This document shows positions 1 to 14,699 of a DNA stretch of 64,000 nucleotides, one piece after another; the first letter of the stretch is position 1; each line of letters opens with the position of its first letter. The notes under the pieces are model-generated. The model worked only from the letters and a program-made list of their open reading frames with translations, searched no databases and was not told where the DNA came from. The DNA is from Octopus sinensis (Eukaryota), in the NCBI RefSeq assembly GCF_006345805.1, contig NC_042998.1:124868001-124932000 (forward strand), read 5' to 3'. Made by a program: the position numbers and the translations under genes.

Positions 1-206
1 ATTGTCTCCCATTTGAGTAAAAAATAAATAAATGCTTTGCCACAATTACGACGAACTCCAAATGGGATGAGGAGATAATCTCAATAAGGAAAATATTTTT
101 GGAATTGGCATATCATTTACGAAAAGACTTATTGCCTGCAGGCAAGAGGACAGCCGTGAACTTGTTTCTGTATGAAGAGGTGTCATTAGCACTGCAGCAC
201 TGCAAT

Positions 207-533
<327 letters not shown>

Positions 534-1261
534 CAGATCTTTTTAGTTTACTGATCGTGTATTGTGACTTGAACAATTACATGATGGTAGATTTATTAAT
601 AACACAGACACACCGTTCTTATCCTACATGAACTTCATTGTAACATTATTTTGTAAAAATGATATATCTTAATATAGTGTGTACGTTAATCAATTGTTCG
701 ACTGTCATCGATGACCGCAGTGTGAGTTTCTAGTAGTTTCTATTTCTTTCTTTTTCCATTTCAATTTCTATTGTTACTTTTCTGTTTGTTTTATTTTTAT
801 GCCTTCTTGAAGATAGCATAGAAGTGATAGACCGGACCAGTTTTGACCATATACGTCTGCCTTCTGTTTTCATTTTCTGTTTATACTCTTTCCTATTACT
901 TTATCATACAATCTTGATATATATTTTCTATTTGTATTTGATACTGGTATGTTTTTCTGTTATTGGGGAACAATCAACTCCATTTCAATTGTATATGAAC
1001 ACAAATGTATACCGTAGAAATTCAATACAAGTCAATTAACATTAAATTTAGACTCAGCATCAAGAAGAAAGAATCTATACTTGGACATTGGTTATCTTAA
1101 ACTCAATTCAACTTTTTTCTGAATGTAAAAAATACAGAACAATAGTGAATCATGTCGGAGAGAATTGAAATAATTCAAAGTAGATAGATGTATAATTACG
1201 CTAAGGCCGCAACAAAATTTATCTTATTCTTATGGCCATAATATACAGACAGACATGCGGA

Positions 1262-1270
1262 CAGACAAAC

Positions 1271-1353
<83 letters not shown>

Positions 1354-1422
1354 GTCACATTTTGTATACTAACATATATATATATGCACACATATATATA
1401 TACATATACACGTATATATATA

Positions 1423-1476
<54 letters not shown>

Positions 1477-1500
1477 AATACACACACACACACACACATA
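1262..1500. repeat. Compound microsatellite (AGAT)n-(TA)n-(CA)n
   Basis: Directly visible tandem repeats. Confidence 0.95.
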
Positions 1501-2477
1501 TTTATATAGACAGACAGACGGAAAGATCGGTTTTAGTGTGAAAGATTCTTAATGTGAGCCGTGTTGAAACAGATTTTGTTGTATTTCGGCTGGTCAATAG
1601 GCTATAAAAAACACACACTGGTTCTATTGCACTTCAATATTATTCTTCAATTGCTTTAAATATTTAACCAGTTAACTAATCGTTTGCTTACACAAACATT
1701 CAGTCAATTAATCAGTTATGTTTGTCAAGTTCCTTTTGTCACCTTCGTGACCTCTGCAATGACTTCTCTTTCTACTTCAGGTCAGCTTCAGACCTCACGT
1801 TTACATACAAACATAGTGTATATATGTGAAGTGATGCCGTAAATATTACACAGACGCAACGATTAACCAAACGAAGGAGCATATCTCTATGCATAGACAT
1901 TCTTTGTCCAACCCTCAACTTCGCTTACAGAAAATGCCCAGAGTTTAGCTGATACTAAGACTGCTACATATTGAAATGGTCGCTGGCGAAATATGTTGTA
2001 CCGTACGGGAGAGAGAGCAGACGTTCCTGGTAGTAAAAAGAGGTCGGAGTTTATTATTCAACAATTTATCTTTTCAATAACCGTAAAAAATTTGGGATTT
2101 GCTAAACACACTGGACAAGTCAAGTATTCCAAAACTGCCAGATCGAAAACCAGCTTAACCACGACAAAGAGAGTGGTCGTGCTTGTGTGCAGATGTATCC
2201 AGGGGCGCAGTAGTCAAATCGCTGCTGCCCTCAGAAAAAGAAATATTCATGAGCATACCATACCAAGCAAATGCCAGGCTATGTGGAATATATCTAAATA
2301 TTTAAACTACCATATTGTCGCGATTCAACTTCTGCTTTGTGCCACCGTTCGTTATATCATTGCTATTGTTGTTGCTATTATTGATGCTACTGTTGTTGAT
2401 GTTGTCATTGAATCTTCGTTGCCATGGGTTTACTTCATTGTCCTCTCACCTTTCTACTTGTGTTTATATGTGTATAG

Positions 2478-2512
<35 letters not shown>

Positions 2513-4304
2513 AATATATATATATAGAGCGATAGATCAGACATGTCTACAAACGTACACCTCTCATTCACCATTTATCTATCTTAACACCATATTACTA
2601 CTACACATGTTTTCATCCTCTGTCCTGTCATACCAATCATATTGAACGAAATTGTATAGCTGGATTATATTCAGGCACACATCTCACTAGGCTTTAGGCC
2701 AGTTACTTCGATGTTTGTCCTAAGATAACATCACTCGTTGACGTGTTGTGTTAAAAACACAATAAATATCGCAGGGAGACAAAACTTCGCCCCAGTAGCG
2801 GTCAGTGTGAGCGCCAAATTCATGTCCTCCTTTTTGGTCTTATCAATGGCCCATACTCGATGTCAGACATATAATTGGGGGAGAATTTCGTCACCTTCTA
2901 TATAGAAAGTATCAGATAAAATATTCACTGGCGTTGTGAATAGCAACGCATCTGAATAAAATCAGTATAAGAAATTGAAGTAGTATTAAATTAAAGGAAC
3001 TATCTATGTATCTCAGGATACATGCCGCAGTAACAGTGTATATACTATGATATATAGATGGCTGCTTAAATTTGATGTCTCAATTGTGTATACCGCATGC
3101 ATACACAGACACACACACACACACACATACCCAAACATCTATTTCCTTTTCCTTCTGGAGAACGTTTTGAAGCATCAAATAATATCAGATTTATGCTACC
3201 CACGGTTGTCTTTATGTTGAAAGGTATGACTGACTATACCACCTTAACTGTCTCACAGTACAAAATGAAAATATTCACTGCCGTGGTCATGATTCAAATG
3301 CAGCTGGTGTAAAAAAAAATTACAATTAGTAACCTATTTTTGAACACTGCTTCCATTTTGAATTCGCAAACATGTCTTGAACACACAAGCCTGTTTGGAC
3401 AAACAACCTGTTTGAAAACGCAAACTCGTTGGGAAAACGCAAACCTTTATTTGAATAGCTTCATGCCATTTGTCAACAAGTAACATTATTTCAAAAGAAA
3501 TGTTTTCCTCTGCAACATTACTACATCGTCGACTCCCCCCCCCCAAAAAAAAGTGGGGGCTTGTGCCTGGAGCAGAAATGAATATTTCTACTCAATTTTC
3601 ATATCGGTTGCATTTTCTTTATCAAATACATTCTAACAATAGAGAAGTTAACGGTAAAATACTATTTATTTTTTTGCTTATTTCACTTATTCTGCCGATA
3701 CTTATCAGAAAATCGTATCAACTTCACCACAATGTTGCTACTAACGAATAGATCACTTGAAGATATCTTTCGACACTCGCTCATACCAACCAAACCCACC
3801 ATTCTATTCAAGATGCTATGTTTATCATCTTTCACAGTCGACAAACAGATAGTCCCTTCAAGATGTATTACGTTCTGTTAACAACAGAAGAGTTGATCTG
3901 TGTACCAGCTGTCAGTGGTCAACGGAGAGTTAATTTCACCAACTTTCAACTAGAGTTTAAATAAGCAGTTTAGCTAAAGATTGCAGCACAGTAGTGTGCA
4001 TGCATTCATACAGACCCAATTGTGTAATATACAAGCAAACATTTATCAGATGTACAACTTATTCAGACCTACGTGTATGAAACATCATATTTACTTCTGC
4101 CACACATACATACGAACAGCATCTTATTTGCACACGTCTGACAGGCAATCAGCAACTTGTATGCATCCGATGTGCGCAGATCTCAAGCACATCTGGTATG
4201 CACGCTTCATTTATTCCTGTAATTCATTAGTGTCATCATTCAATTTCTCCTCATTTTACTGCTCCTTGTTAATTCATATTCCTTTCATGTGCAGCCATAT
4301 AAGT

Positions 4305-4606
4305 GGAGGTACATGGCCTAGTGGTTAGAGCAGCGGACTCGCGGTCGAGGGATCGCGAGTTCGAATCTCAGACCGGGAGACGTGTGTGCTTATGAGCGAA
4401 ACACTTAAGCTCCACGCTGCCGGCTCCGGCAGAAGGTAATAGCGAACTTCTGCTGGCTCTTTCGCCACAACTTTCTCTCACTCCGGCATGTTTCAGCTCA
4501 CCTGCGACGGACCGGCGTCCCGTCCAGTTGGGGAACCTATACGCCAAGGAAACTGGGAAACCGGTCCTATGAGCCAGGCGTGGCTCAAGAAGGAACAAAC
4601 AACAAT
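4305..4606 (+). mobile_element. tRNA-derived SINE with target-site duplication
   Basis: A-box-like TGGCCTAGTGG (4314-4324) and B-box GAGTTCGAATC (4357-4367). (ACA)-rich tail. AGCCATATA flanks both sides (4293-4301 and 4607-4615). Confidence 0.85.
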
Positions 4607-6863
4607 AGCCATATAGAGTGAGGGGAAAATCCAGGAGAAATGTTCTGTCTCTTTTACTTTAAAATACGTTTGGGCCCGAACATAGATCTCCAGTTTATCG
4701 TTTTTTTGTAACAGAGCAAAAATAAAATAAGATAGTCTTCATTAATAACAACATTGATAGCATTCGTTTCAGACAACTTCCTCAAATTGCACGCATATAA
4801 ATAGATACACACGCACACATGTATGTATGTATACATGTACGTATGTATATATGTATGTGTGTACATGTATATATATGTATGTATGTTTAACTTCACCTTC
4901 TGTGTTTGTATTTTTGTCACTATTAATGTGGAAATCTCTGGGGATGTTTGTGATTTAAATCTTATCTAGGATACATTCAAATAGTCCAACTGTTGATATG
5001 AGAACAGATACTGTAGGCTACACAAAAGCTTTAGTTCTTCAGTCAGCGTTTTACTATTCTACATCAAGGTTAAAATTATCTTTTAGCCACAAAAATATTT
5101 AAGCTCAATTAATGGGTCCCTGGAATGTTAGAAAAGATGAGATCTAACGTAATAGTAAGATATTTTAGATATCCAGTAAAAAATATTGTATAAACAATTA
5201 ACAGTTTGTATGTTATTCTATAAAATACCAACAATACTCAATCAATAAAATCTAATACTTCTATCAAAGAATGATTTCAAATAGAATGCTTCATGATATT
5301 TCTTCCAACTCTACTTTCTGAGTTCAAATCCCATCAAGGTTCGTTTTGCCTATCATCAGTTTAGAATCGATAAAATAAGTATCAATTCTAGGCAGTGAAT
5401 TAGCGGAATTGTTAGAATGTGGGACCGGATGCCTGGTGGTATTTCTTCCGATATTTTGCGCTCTAATTTCCAATACCACTGTGACCTACCCGAATAGCAC
5501 ATTTAATCTAACGACTGGTTTAATGCCACCTTGTTGCACTTTAGGTGGTTTTAGTGGAGTTCATTCTGATGCAAGCATTTGAAACAGGTCTCTCACCAGC
5601 CTCGGGGTTCTTCTTACATTGTCCCACGCGGAAAGAATGTCTGAAACATATGAATGTGTGTTTGTATGTGTTCTAGTGTTTCATGGTCAGTCTAAATACG
5701 ACAATCCATAATTGTAACTTTAATCATTTACTTAATTCTGACATTCCATTAAAAATTATTTTGTGCATAAAATGTGAATTATTATTCTACGAATCCATTG
5801 AAATGTAATTTATTCAGTTATTTGTTTTATCATTGAACAACTCTTATCGCTATAAAAACATCGTTCATATAATTAGCTTTGAGAAGAATTATATGTTCTT
5901 TAGCTAATCTTAAGAATTACCCTAATTCAATCTGAACCTGGAGATCGGGAACAAAACAAAAATAAAAAGTTAATGAAAGCAAATTTTCATGACAGACATC
6001 TAAACGACACTATTATTCTTCTAAAATATTTCCTTCATGTTTCTGGATAATCCGTTGTTGTAACTTACTGATGTGTTGTGTATGTTAATAATTTTGAACG
6101 CCTGGTGACATCTGTTCATTTTAGAATGTTCTGCAGAGAACAATTTAATTGATTTTTGTTGTTGTTGTTTATTCCACTTCTAAGAAGTATTTTAAACACA
6201 TCTTTGCAAACAAATCATACTATGGCAGTTATATAGGCCTCTTTTCTTCCTCCCTCTCCAACTCTCCTCTATTTGTCTCTCTTTCTCTCTCTCTCTCTCT
6301 CTTTTCTTTCTCTGGGAAAAATCATGTTAATCCCTAAAATTAATAAAAAGAGAACCCCCCCCCCAAGTATAGACCCATAATTTTCCTTTCTTGCGGCTTA
6401 TAACGCCTTAGCTGCAATAATAGAGAACAGGGTAAATAATCATTCAAAGCATGCTTTCACAAGAGCAGAAATCTGTCACAGATTTTCATATGGATATAAG
6501 GATCAATTACCTATCAACAAAGCCATAACGGAAACTGTGGAGAGAGAACGAGGGGTCTGAGTATGGCATATAATGGTTACCAAGCCTTTTCGGGTACTTT
6601 CTACGAGTGGATCCTGGAATCCATTAATCATGCTTAAAGTTATCACCAGAAATAAGTACAGCAAACAAATCAAAGGCAATTTTGTGGATAGGAGGGACGA
6701 CAATACTAAAAGTAAAAACCACTTCTACTAGAGAAGGAACATTCCAAGGGAACTTCATCTGATTATATTTTTCTATTGGTTTCGCGTTGGCAGATTTAAT
6801 CAAAGAGATAATGCAAGCTGAACGTGAATAAAAGTGCTACGAGATGATGGTTAATTACTCTCT

Positions 6864-7095
6864 TATTTCTCCACTGCCCACAAGGGGCCACACACAGGAG
6901 GGACAAACAAGGACAGACAAACGGATTAAGTCGATTACATCGACCCCAGTACACAACCTGTCCTTAATTTATCGACCCCAAAAGGATGAAAGGCAAAGTC
7001 GACCTCGGCGGAATTTGAACTCAGAACGTAGCGGCAAACCAAATATCGCTAATCATTTCACCCGGCGTGCTAACGTTTCTGCCAGCTCACTCGCC
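6864..7095 (-). mobile_element. tRNA-derived SINE, family A
   Basis: Reverse complement of the head GGCGAGCTGGCAGAAACGTTAGCACGCCGG, B-box GAGTTCAAATTCC and the body CCTTTTGGGGTCGATAAATT. Shared with more than 15 copies in the window. Confidence 0.9.
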
Positions 7096-8684
7096 TGGTT
7101 AATCTCTCTCTGTATGTGTACGACTTCACGTTTTCTGCTGCAGTTGATAAGTAATTAGAAATACAGTTATAGCCTATATAATGATTTACGAAAGGAATTG
7201 ATATGAGATTCGCATTGGAAACATTCACCTTCGAAATCTTGAAAGGAGGAAAAAATTAATATTATTCTGTAAGATAAGGAACCGAGATGGACGAATGAAA
7301 CCAAGCACACTCTCTACGACAGAAATTCAGAATGCATCGCCCTCAATGTAACATAAAAGATTATATTAGCAAAGAATACAATAAAGTAGAAGACTTACAA
7401 GTAGGAAACTATTATAGACTATCTACCGCAGGACAACAAAGAGAGCTACAAAATACAAAATGTGTGTGTATGTGTGTGTGTTTTCTTAGGGTAGTCATCA
7501 AATAGAGAATGGAAGCTGAAGGAAAAAAGCAGTTGTAGGAAGAAGGAAAACCAAAAATAAAACTGTTAAAGAACTAAAGATAAGCTACAGAATTTCAAAT
7601 TAATATAATGACCTGAAAAGTCCCTTACAAAATCAATACGTGAGAAGCTGAATAGGAAGTAAAGAAAAAATTTCAACACTGATTTTATAGAGCGGGTTTC
7701 AAAAGTTTTTTTCTATTGTGGTACGGGGGTCAAATTCTTGTCACTAGGACTACCAGAAGTATATAATGGTGCAGAAAGCAAAGACGATTGCAGAATATGA
7801 GAAGGAACAATTATCCAAGGGTCTATATGAACAAACATCACACCATTATGAAGTTCGTGCAAAGGAAATTATGCCACTATTATGAAATACCGATTGAATA
7901 GAGTTGGCAAAGTAACTCGTATCTGAAATATATCAATCTATAAGAACCGAGAGATGGACATTAATTGATCTAATGTTGCTGTCAACAAACATGGATCACT
8001 ACCTTCATATCGAAATATCTTAATCACATATATGTATATATTTACGAAAGAGGAAAATTGTCTTAATATAAAGATTTAGATATATAAACAGCCAAATTGT
8101 TTAACATTTCAAACGGACACGATCCTCAAATTTAAAGATGTGTTAGAAATTATTAAAACATATAAACAAAAATACACACCCAAAACCTAACGACTGACAT
8201 TTCTACACAAAGAAAATAGCACTATAGTATATCTCATGGACACACTGCAAGTCCCGCGCACAAAGATTTTTCTGAAACAGTTGAATGTGGAATAAATTTT
8301 TCTTCGTTGTTTTACTAAAGACTACGACAACAACACTTTTAATATCAAGGTCAACAAGTATTTTTGCCTAATTTTGGCAGTTTCTATCATATTAATATTT
8401 TTATTCGTTCTTTATTGCCATTTCATTTCATTCGTTTTATTAGTTCCTTCATTAACATATCGTTTACCGTATTTTATTGCCTTTTCATTGTATACCATTT
8501 GAATATCTTATCAATTATGTTATTGTCATATTTTATTTGCTATCTTCCATATAAATGTATAGAGTCCTGTGACATTAATGCCGCTTCTTTTCCTTTTAAT
8601 TCGTTTACTGGAAGTGGCTTTCGGGTTGATGTTGAGTAAAAAATAAAATTACCTTCAACACATTAGTACATATAACGCACACGC

Positions 8685-8840
8685 AAACACACACACACAC
8701 ACATACATACATACATATATACATACATACATACATACATACATACATACATACATACATGCATGCATACATACATACATACATACTACATACATACATA
8801 CATACATACATAATACATACATACATACATACATACATAG
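8685..8840. repeat. (CA)n/(TACA)n microsatellite
   Basis: Directly visible. Confidence 0.95.
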
Positions 8841-9439
8841 CTCTTATCCAATAAATACAAAAGCGTGCTCGGTTATGTAGGGAAAGCACTCAATAATAAT
8901 AAACTTCTAAAATAATATTGAGGAAAAACAACAAGAAACATATCAAAAAGAATCAATTATTTTTATTTACCCTTTTGTAGCCATGAAGAAGGAAAATTGA
9001 AGCCAATATACAAAGAAAGTAAGTAACAGTGGAACTAGATCAACAATAAATAATACTAAGCAGTAAAAGAATCCACGAAATAGGGCAATCATGTAGTTTC
9101 TCCACGTGTTTCAGTGTTTCCCTACGCACAAATTCAAATTGCCAAAAGAGCTGACGACATACAGTTTCTCCAGATCTTATAGTGAGCGCAAATTTCTCAT
9201 CTCTCTTTTTCTTTACACAAACTCTACTAATGAGAAGTATTTCCTTTCAACCATCCCTTTCTTCTTCAACCAACTTCCAAAGCCATTGTAACCAGGCTGA
9301 GGAAGACTAATTTAGAACTGGTTGATTGCAAGGCACGTCCTCCACGTGACCACCTCTCTAAAATAAACCCACAAATAAACAATGTACACCACAAAGTGAG
9401 TACAGTCACGATAGTTTCATCTCAAAGAACTTCGGTTGC

Positions 9440-10130
9440 TGGTACTTCAGTTCTTCTACAGATTGTCCTCTGAAGCATTTGCAGGAGGTACAGAAATAAT
9501 CCATAATCCTCGGCCTATAAGTGCCCTACAAATGCAGAGCTAAACTATAATCTTTTCCTGATCATTGTTGTCCACAGTCTCCACAAACTAATCCTCCATA
9601 GAAGGCAAAAGTTGACTTTGTGCTAAGTGTATTACTCAGCTGATGAAAAACAGTGATTGGTTGGCAACATTCTAAGTATCAAATGCGCCACTTTGCCTTC
9701 GTTTGACCAGAGACTGAACCTTAATCAAAGAGTGAAATGCAGAGAGGCGTAACCCACGAAAGGCCACAATTATCTTCAAATATATCATCGTTAGCACGTA
9801 CATGCACACCATAAGATATGGCATCACGAGACCTTTAGGAGTGGTTGTTGTCAGCAAATATACTTCATTACCAACAGCATCCGTCCTTTTAAACAAGAAG
9901 CAAAAGAATATACACTTCAATTTTGGCAGTTGCCCTGTGAGGCAAGTCATGACTATATTTGCAACCCTATTAGCTACTTCCCTGTGGCTTTTCAGCGATA
10001 TTGTTCTCTCAGACCATTTGCAAGCGAAATTATTTTCCAACATAGTTTTTCTTCACTGGTAGCCTGCTCCGAATAAGACACCAGGGAGAGTAACCGGACT
10101 CTCAGTCCAGCGTAAAAGCTGCCACTTTGC
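9440..10130 (-). mobile_element. Decayed L1/Tx1-like LINE ORF2 fragment (region C-terminal to RT)
   Basis: Minus-strand pieces RWTESPVTLPGVLFG, KWSERTISLKSHREVAN and PKGLVMPYLM resemble the L1/Tx1 post-RT motifs (GV.FG, W..R.LSL.GR..V.N, GGL.MP.L). Many stops and frameshifts. Confidence 0.6.
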
Positions 10131-10224
10131 AATTATTTGTCACCAATTATTTCTTCAAAATATAGCATCTGCATTCTAACTGGCGTTTAGAATCAACTGA
10201 ATATCTTTTATCTTTTACTTATCT

Positions 10225-10560
10225 CACTAAAATACGGCCATATTGGGGCACTGCCTTGAAGAGCTTTCAGTCGAATGAATCGCCCCCAGTATTATTTATA
10301 TTTTTAAGCCTGATACTTATTCTACCGATCTCACTTGCTCAACTGCTATGTCGCGGGGACGTACACACACAAATACCGCTTATCAAGTGGTGGGGTGGGG
10401 CAGACACTGACGCAAAGACACTCACACATAAATATATATCACAGGCGTCTTTCAGTTTCCGTCTACCAAATCCACCCACAAAGCCGTAGTCGGCCCAAAG
10501 CTATACTAGAAGACACGTGTCAAATGTGTGATGCAGAGTGACTGAACCTGGAACCATCAG
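10225..10560 (-). mobile_element. tRNA-derived SINE, family B (diverged)
   Basis: Matches the 51268-51676 copy (TCAGTTTCCGTCTACCAAATCCAC...CTATACTAGAAGACAC...GACTGAACC). Confidence 0.85.
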
Positions 10561-11006
10561 GCTCTTTGAATGTAGTTGCATGACAATGTGAATCCACAAC
10601 GCAAAGATAGCCGATTTATTATATTTTCCAAAAAGGCGACAATTGAGTCGATTTTTTACAAATAGTGAGATTTACACAGAATTTATACTAAAAGAAATGC
10701 ATAGAAACCAAAACTATACAAAAGGCATGAAAAGCTATGAAACTCCTGAATTAGAGTACAGCTACCTAGGTCTTACCGAGAAAACTTACACATTTAGAAT
10801 TGAACTGACAACCAAGAAATGTGTCCTCTTTAATGTGCGTTGTATAGCTTACAGGCGCACGGTAAAAGTAAACCTATTCACGTGACTTATTCTCACGTTT
10901 GCCACCCATTTTTCCTTGAATGCATTAGAACAGCTGCTTCATCGCCTTTCCCATGTTAAATATGAATATTTAGAGAACTTGGCCGAAGAGGAATTAGCCT
11001 TTACAG

Positions 11007-11490
11007 CAAATGTTTTTCAACCATTTTCTACCTATTTTACTTGGATGGACCCCATAGACATTCGATATTTTAAAAATCCTGTTATATTTTTATAACTAAA
11101 TGTTGTATCCTTCGTCTCCAAATGTCGTGGTACCGCCACGATATTGTGACGGATGGTTTAGATACACTGTACCAGTGTAGTAACAGTAAACAAGATAAGG
11201 ATGTAGCCGTAATAACAACGTAACGATCCAACAATCTCTTCATCAATGATTCAAGCTTCACTCCGACCGCTACTATTTATAATTGCTCGGTCCAGTCTAT
11301 TTCTCGCAAGGGGGTGTCGTGACTCTCATCACAACACTAAATATTATTAGGAAATGTATCAGAAATATTTTTAATATAATTTATGTAATGTTTTGTAGAA
11401 GTATATCCAATTTATAACATATAATATATTTTAACAGCAAAATCTCATATGGACCCAAAGGGCTACATGGAGCCCGGTTAGGAACCACTG
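11007..11490. mobile_element. hAT (Charlie/Buster-type) non-autonomous element / MITE
   Basis: Imperfect TIRs CAAATGTTTTTCAACC and GGTTAGGAACCACTG. Perfect 8-bp TSD CTTTACAG at 10999-11006 and 11491-11498 with central TA. Confidence 0.85.
11101..11336 (-). mobile_element. Solo LTR (236 bp) nested in the hAT MITE
   Basis: Termini TGTTGT...ACAACA. Perfect 5-bp TSD CTAAA (11096-11100 and 11337-11341). TATAAATA on the minus strand near 11274-11281 suggests the orientation. Confidence 0.85.
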
Positions 11491-12953
11491 CTTTACAGTC
11501 ATGTCTACATTGTAATCTCTTTCAACTTGACACCCCCCAGCCCACAGACAAAGAACGTTTGCTTACCCTACGAGCAAAAAGAAGGTGAAGGAGTGACAAT
11601 TGACATGAATACCTCTGATAACCGGGCCTGACCTACATGCAACGACAGCCGTTCGGCATCACATCCCAAGTTAACAATACTTTGACAGTGAACAAGGATG
11701 ATGAAAATATTGTTTTAGTTATTGGTGCTTCCATGCCTGTAGACTTTATTCCGAAATTTGGAAGTATCAACAAAATAATATCAAACAAGCACTGGTGAAG
11801 TAATTGTAATTCGTGGTCATCATGGACTGATCTTAGAAATCTTTCTTATAATTTTAAAGCGTTGAATGAAAGAAACAGTGCAGCTATACTGGGGTGTGAA
11901 ATTTAGTCATGAAATCTTTCCAAGATTAGGAAAATAAGAAGCAATGCTAGGCAGGGAAATTCTGGGAGTTATGGAAAATCTCAGATTTGGTTTGTGTTCT
12001 GGCTGCAACCAGCAAGATTTAAATATTTTATCAATATATACCGCGTCTGGCAATGACAGAATAACAATCTATCTAGCGAACCATATAAAACCACAATCCA
12101 AAGAAACTATTCATGTTCTGCGTCGGCAAAACTATTTTAATAATGTTAGAACTCTCGTCTCCCAACGGCATACGAACTTCTTCGTATTTAAGACCTTTAT
12201 TATAAAACTTTATCATATTACTTTATTATACAGAATTTTATTATATGCCAAGGAGTGCGGCGGCTTATCAACTTCACCTTAAACCAAGCTATGTAGTACG
12301 ATGTAATATTTATATAATTTAATTACAATCCGTTTCAGTAAGCAATACTAGTATATTTACTTATTGAACGTTCCCATCTCTATAAATCCTCTTCAAAGAG
12401 GTAGTTACTTTTTTTCTTTTTTGACAAAGAATGCAATTACATTTTTTTCATCAGACATTAATTCGGAATTTCTCTATATTCTATATTTAATTCTATATAC
12501 GATTATACTCATTTTGTGTTTACTTTTGTATGTATGCACACACACACACACATACACACACGCGCACACACACACACAAATATGTAGAGAGGCACAGAGA
12601 GAGAAGGAGAAAGACGGGTTAAAAGAGAGTAGGAGGGTTACAAGCAGAATGTCTGTGATAGACAGATAATATATAAATATAATTACACCTGTTTATGTTC
12701 ATTCACTTCAGTTGTTTACTTTTAGAAGTTGTTTGCATACTGAAAAAAAATTAATTGATATAACACACACACTTACGTGCATACACGCACACATATTTAT
12801 AGACTCACAAACATATATTTTTATACGCACATACAATTGTATAGACATATAAGCATATATATACACACATATGTACATACATGCTTCTATATATATACAG
12901 TTGTGTAAATGTATGTACATGTAGATATAATTATATGAAAATAATTTTGAACA

Positions 12954-12988
<35 letters not shown>

Positions 12989-13811
12989 AATATATTTATC
13001 ATGGTATAATGTACCTACGTCATTTCTAATGACGTATTACGCAGTTTATTAAGTACATGCATATGTTGGCATCTGTAGCGCAAGTATGTGTGTGTGCATG
13101 TGTGCGCGCTTGTGTGTGTATGTGTAAGAGTTGTATCCATGAATATATATATTTATAGATTAGCATATATATATATAACGTGTATATAAATGCAGAATAT
13201 AACCTGTTGTATGTTTACAAACATTGCACGTGTCATTCGGTGCATATTCCTTACATAAAAAATAATTGAATCTATACAAGTTTGCGTTTACATGATATAA
13301 CTTTAAAATTATTTACCTTTTTAAACTTATTTATCATGCATCGAACAAAGTCATTTCTTGGGAACAGTGATCTAGATCCAGCAACGAAAGCACTAACGGA
13401 TGCTACGTAAAGTGAGTGTCATGTTGGCTGCAAGGTGCTTGATCGAAAGTCTACTTAACAGGGTCGGTTTGGGGTTAAACAGCCCCAACAAATATCCAAT
13501 CTTATTTTGCAGGTCCCCGCGTCTCTACCTAGCCTGAATGTGATTGACTGAAAAAGTGAACAAGTGTCCGTACATGGTGAATTATCCTGCTAAATTTTCA
13601 CGCACACGTCACTTGTTTTTCTGTACCATATCTTACAAACCACTAAATTAATATCGTTTAGCTTCAGGCATTACTTTTACATAAGCAGAGTATTCTGACT
13701 ATTCTTTTATCCCAAGAGAAATTCTAGATTACGTACAAAGCGGAATATCCTTTCGTTCTAACATACTAAAACTGTTAGTTTTTGTATGTTAAAATTAATT
13801 TCATGTTAACA

Positions 13812-14226
13812 GGTGTGGGAATGGCTGTGTCGTAAGTAGCTTGCTTACGAACCACATAGTTCCGGGTTCAATCCCACTACGTGGCACCTTGGGCAAGTGT
13901 CTTCTACTAAAGCCTCGAGCCGACGAAAGCCTTGTGAGTGGATTTGGTAGACTAAAACAATTAGTTTTTGTATGTTAAAATGTATATATATATATATATG
14001 TATGTATGTGTGTGTATATGTTTGAGTGTCTGTGTTTGTCCCCCCAACATCGCTTGACAACCGATGCTGGTGTGTTTACGTCCCTGTAACTTAGCGGTTC
14101 GGCATAAGAGACCGATAGAATAAGTACTAGGCTTACAAAGAATAAGCTCTGGGGTCTATTTGCTTAACTAAAGGCGGTGCTCCAGCATGACCACAGTCAA
14201 ATGACTGAAACAAGTAAAAGAGAGTA
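13812..14226 (+). mobile_element. tRNA-derived SINE, family B
   Basis: Head TGGCTGTGTCGTAAG...GGGTTCAATCCC. CORE-like GGCACCTTGGGCAAGTGTCTT. Internal microsatellite. Tail GACTGAAACAAGTAAAAGAG. Confidence 0.9.
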
Positions 14227-14699
14227 ATAGTAATTACATTCCAGTGGTAAATCACCCTCTTGTTTAGAGCATCAGATATTTCAGCTATACAGACGTTAAC
14301 GCTTTCTTTGCTGGGAAGTAATACGAAACTAATAGGTATGTGTAATTAAGTTTGAATTCTAAATGATAAATTTTGTAGGTATATCATGTATACAAAAACT
14401 TGTATTGATTCCATTGAGTCCTCGCAAGCATAGTAACTCATCAATATACTCGGTAACTGTACGCAGTATACAGAGATTACCGTTGTCAATGATAAAAGCA
14501 GAGAGAACAATTGTCACACTCTGGGCCACTCCACTCTACGAACTTCTGAAGTAGCCCGACAACCAGCAGTATGTCCAGAAACAGAATGGACAAAGGGGAC
14601 TCTGCAACATTCTGCACTGCACCTGGTAAGAATAATGAATTGCCTGTGGAGCGTAGTTCCTCAGATTTGCGGAGAGATGGTATACCTGGAAGTAACTGG

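Noticed and set aside
1993-2535. 180-aa ORF with a hydrophobic C-terminal stretch
   Set aside because: No domain motif. The hydrophobic part comes from degenerate (TGT/TGC) repeats and ends in (GT)n.
4305-4375. tRNA-like sequences here and at 22270-22344 as real tRNA genes
   Set aside because: A/B boxes are present but there is no complete cloverleaf or acceptor stem, and they continue into SINE bodies.
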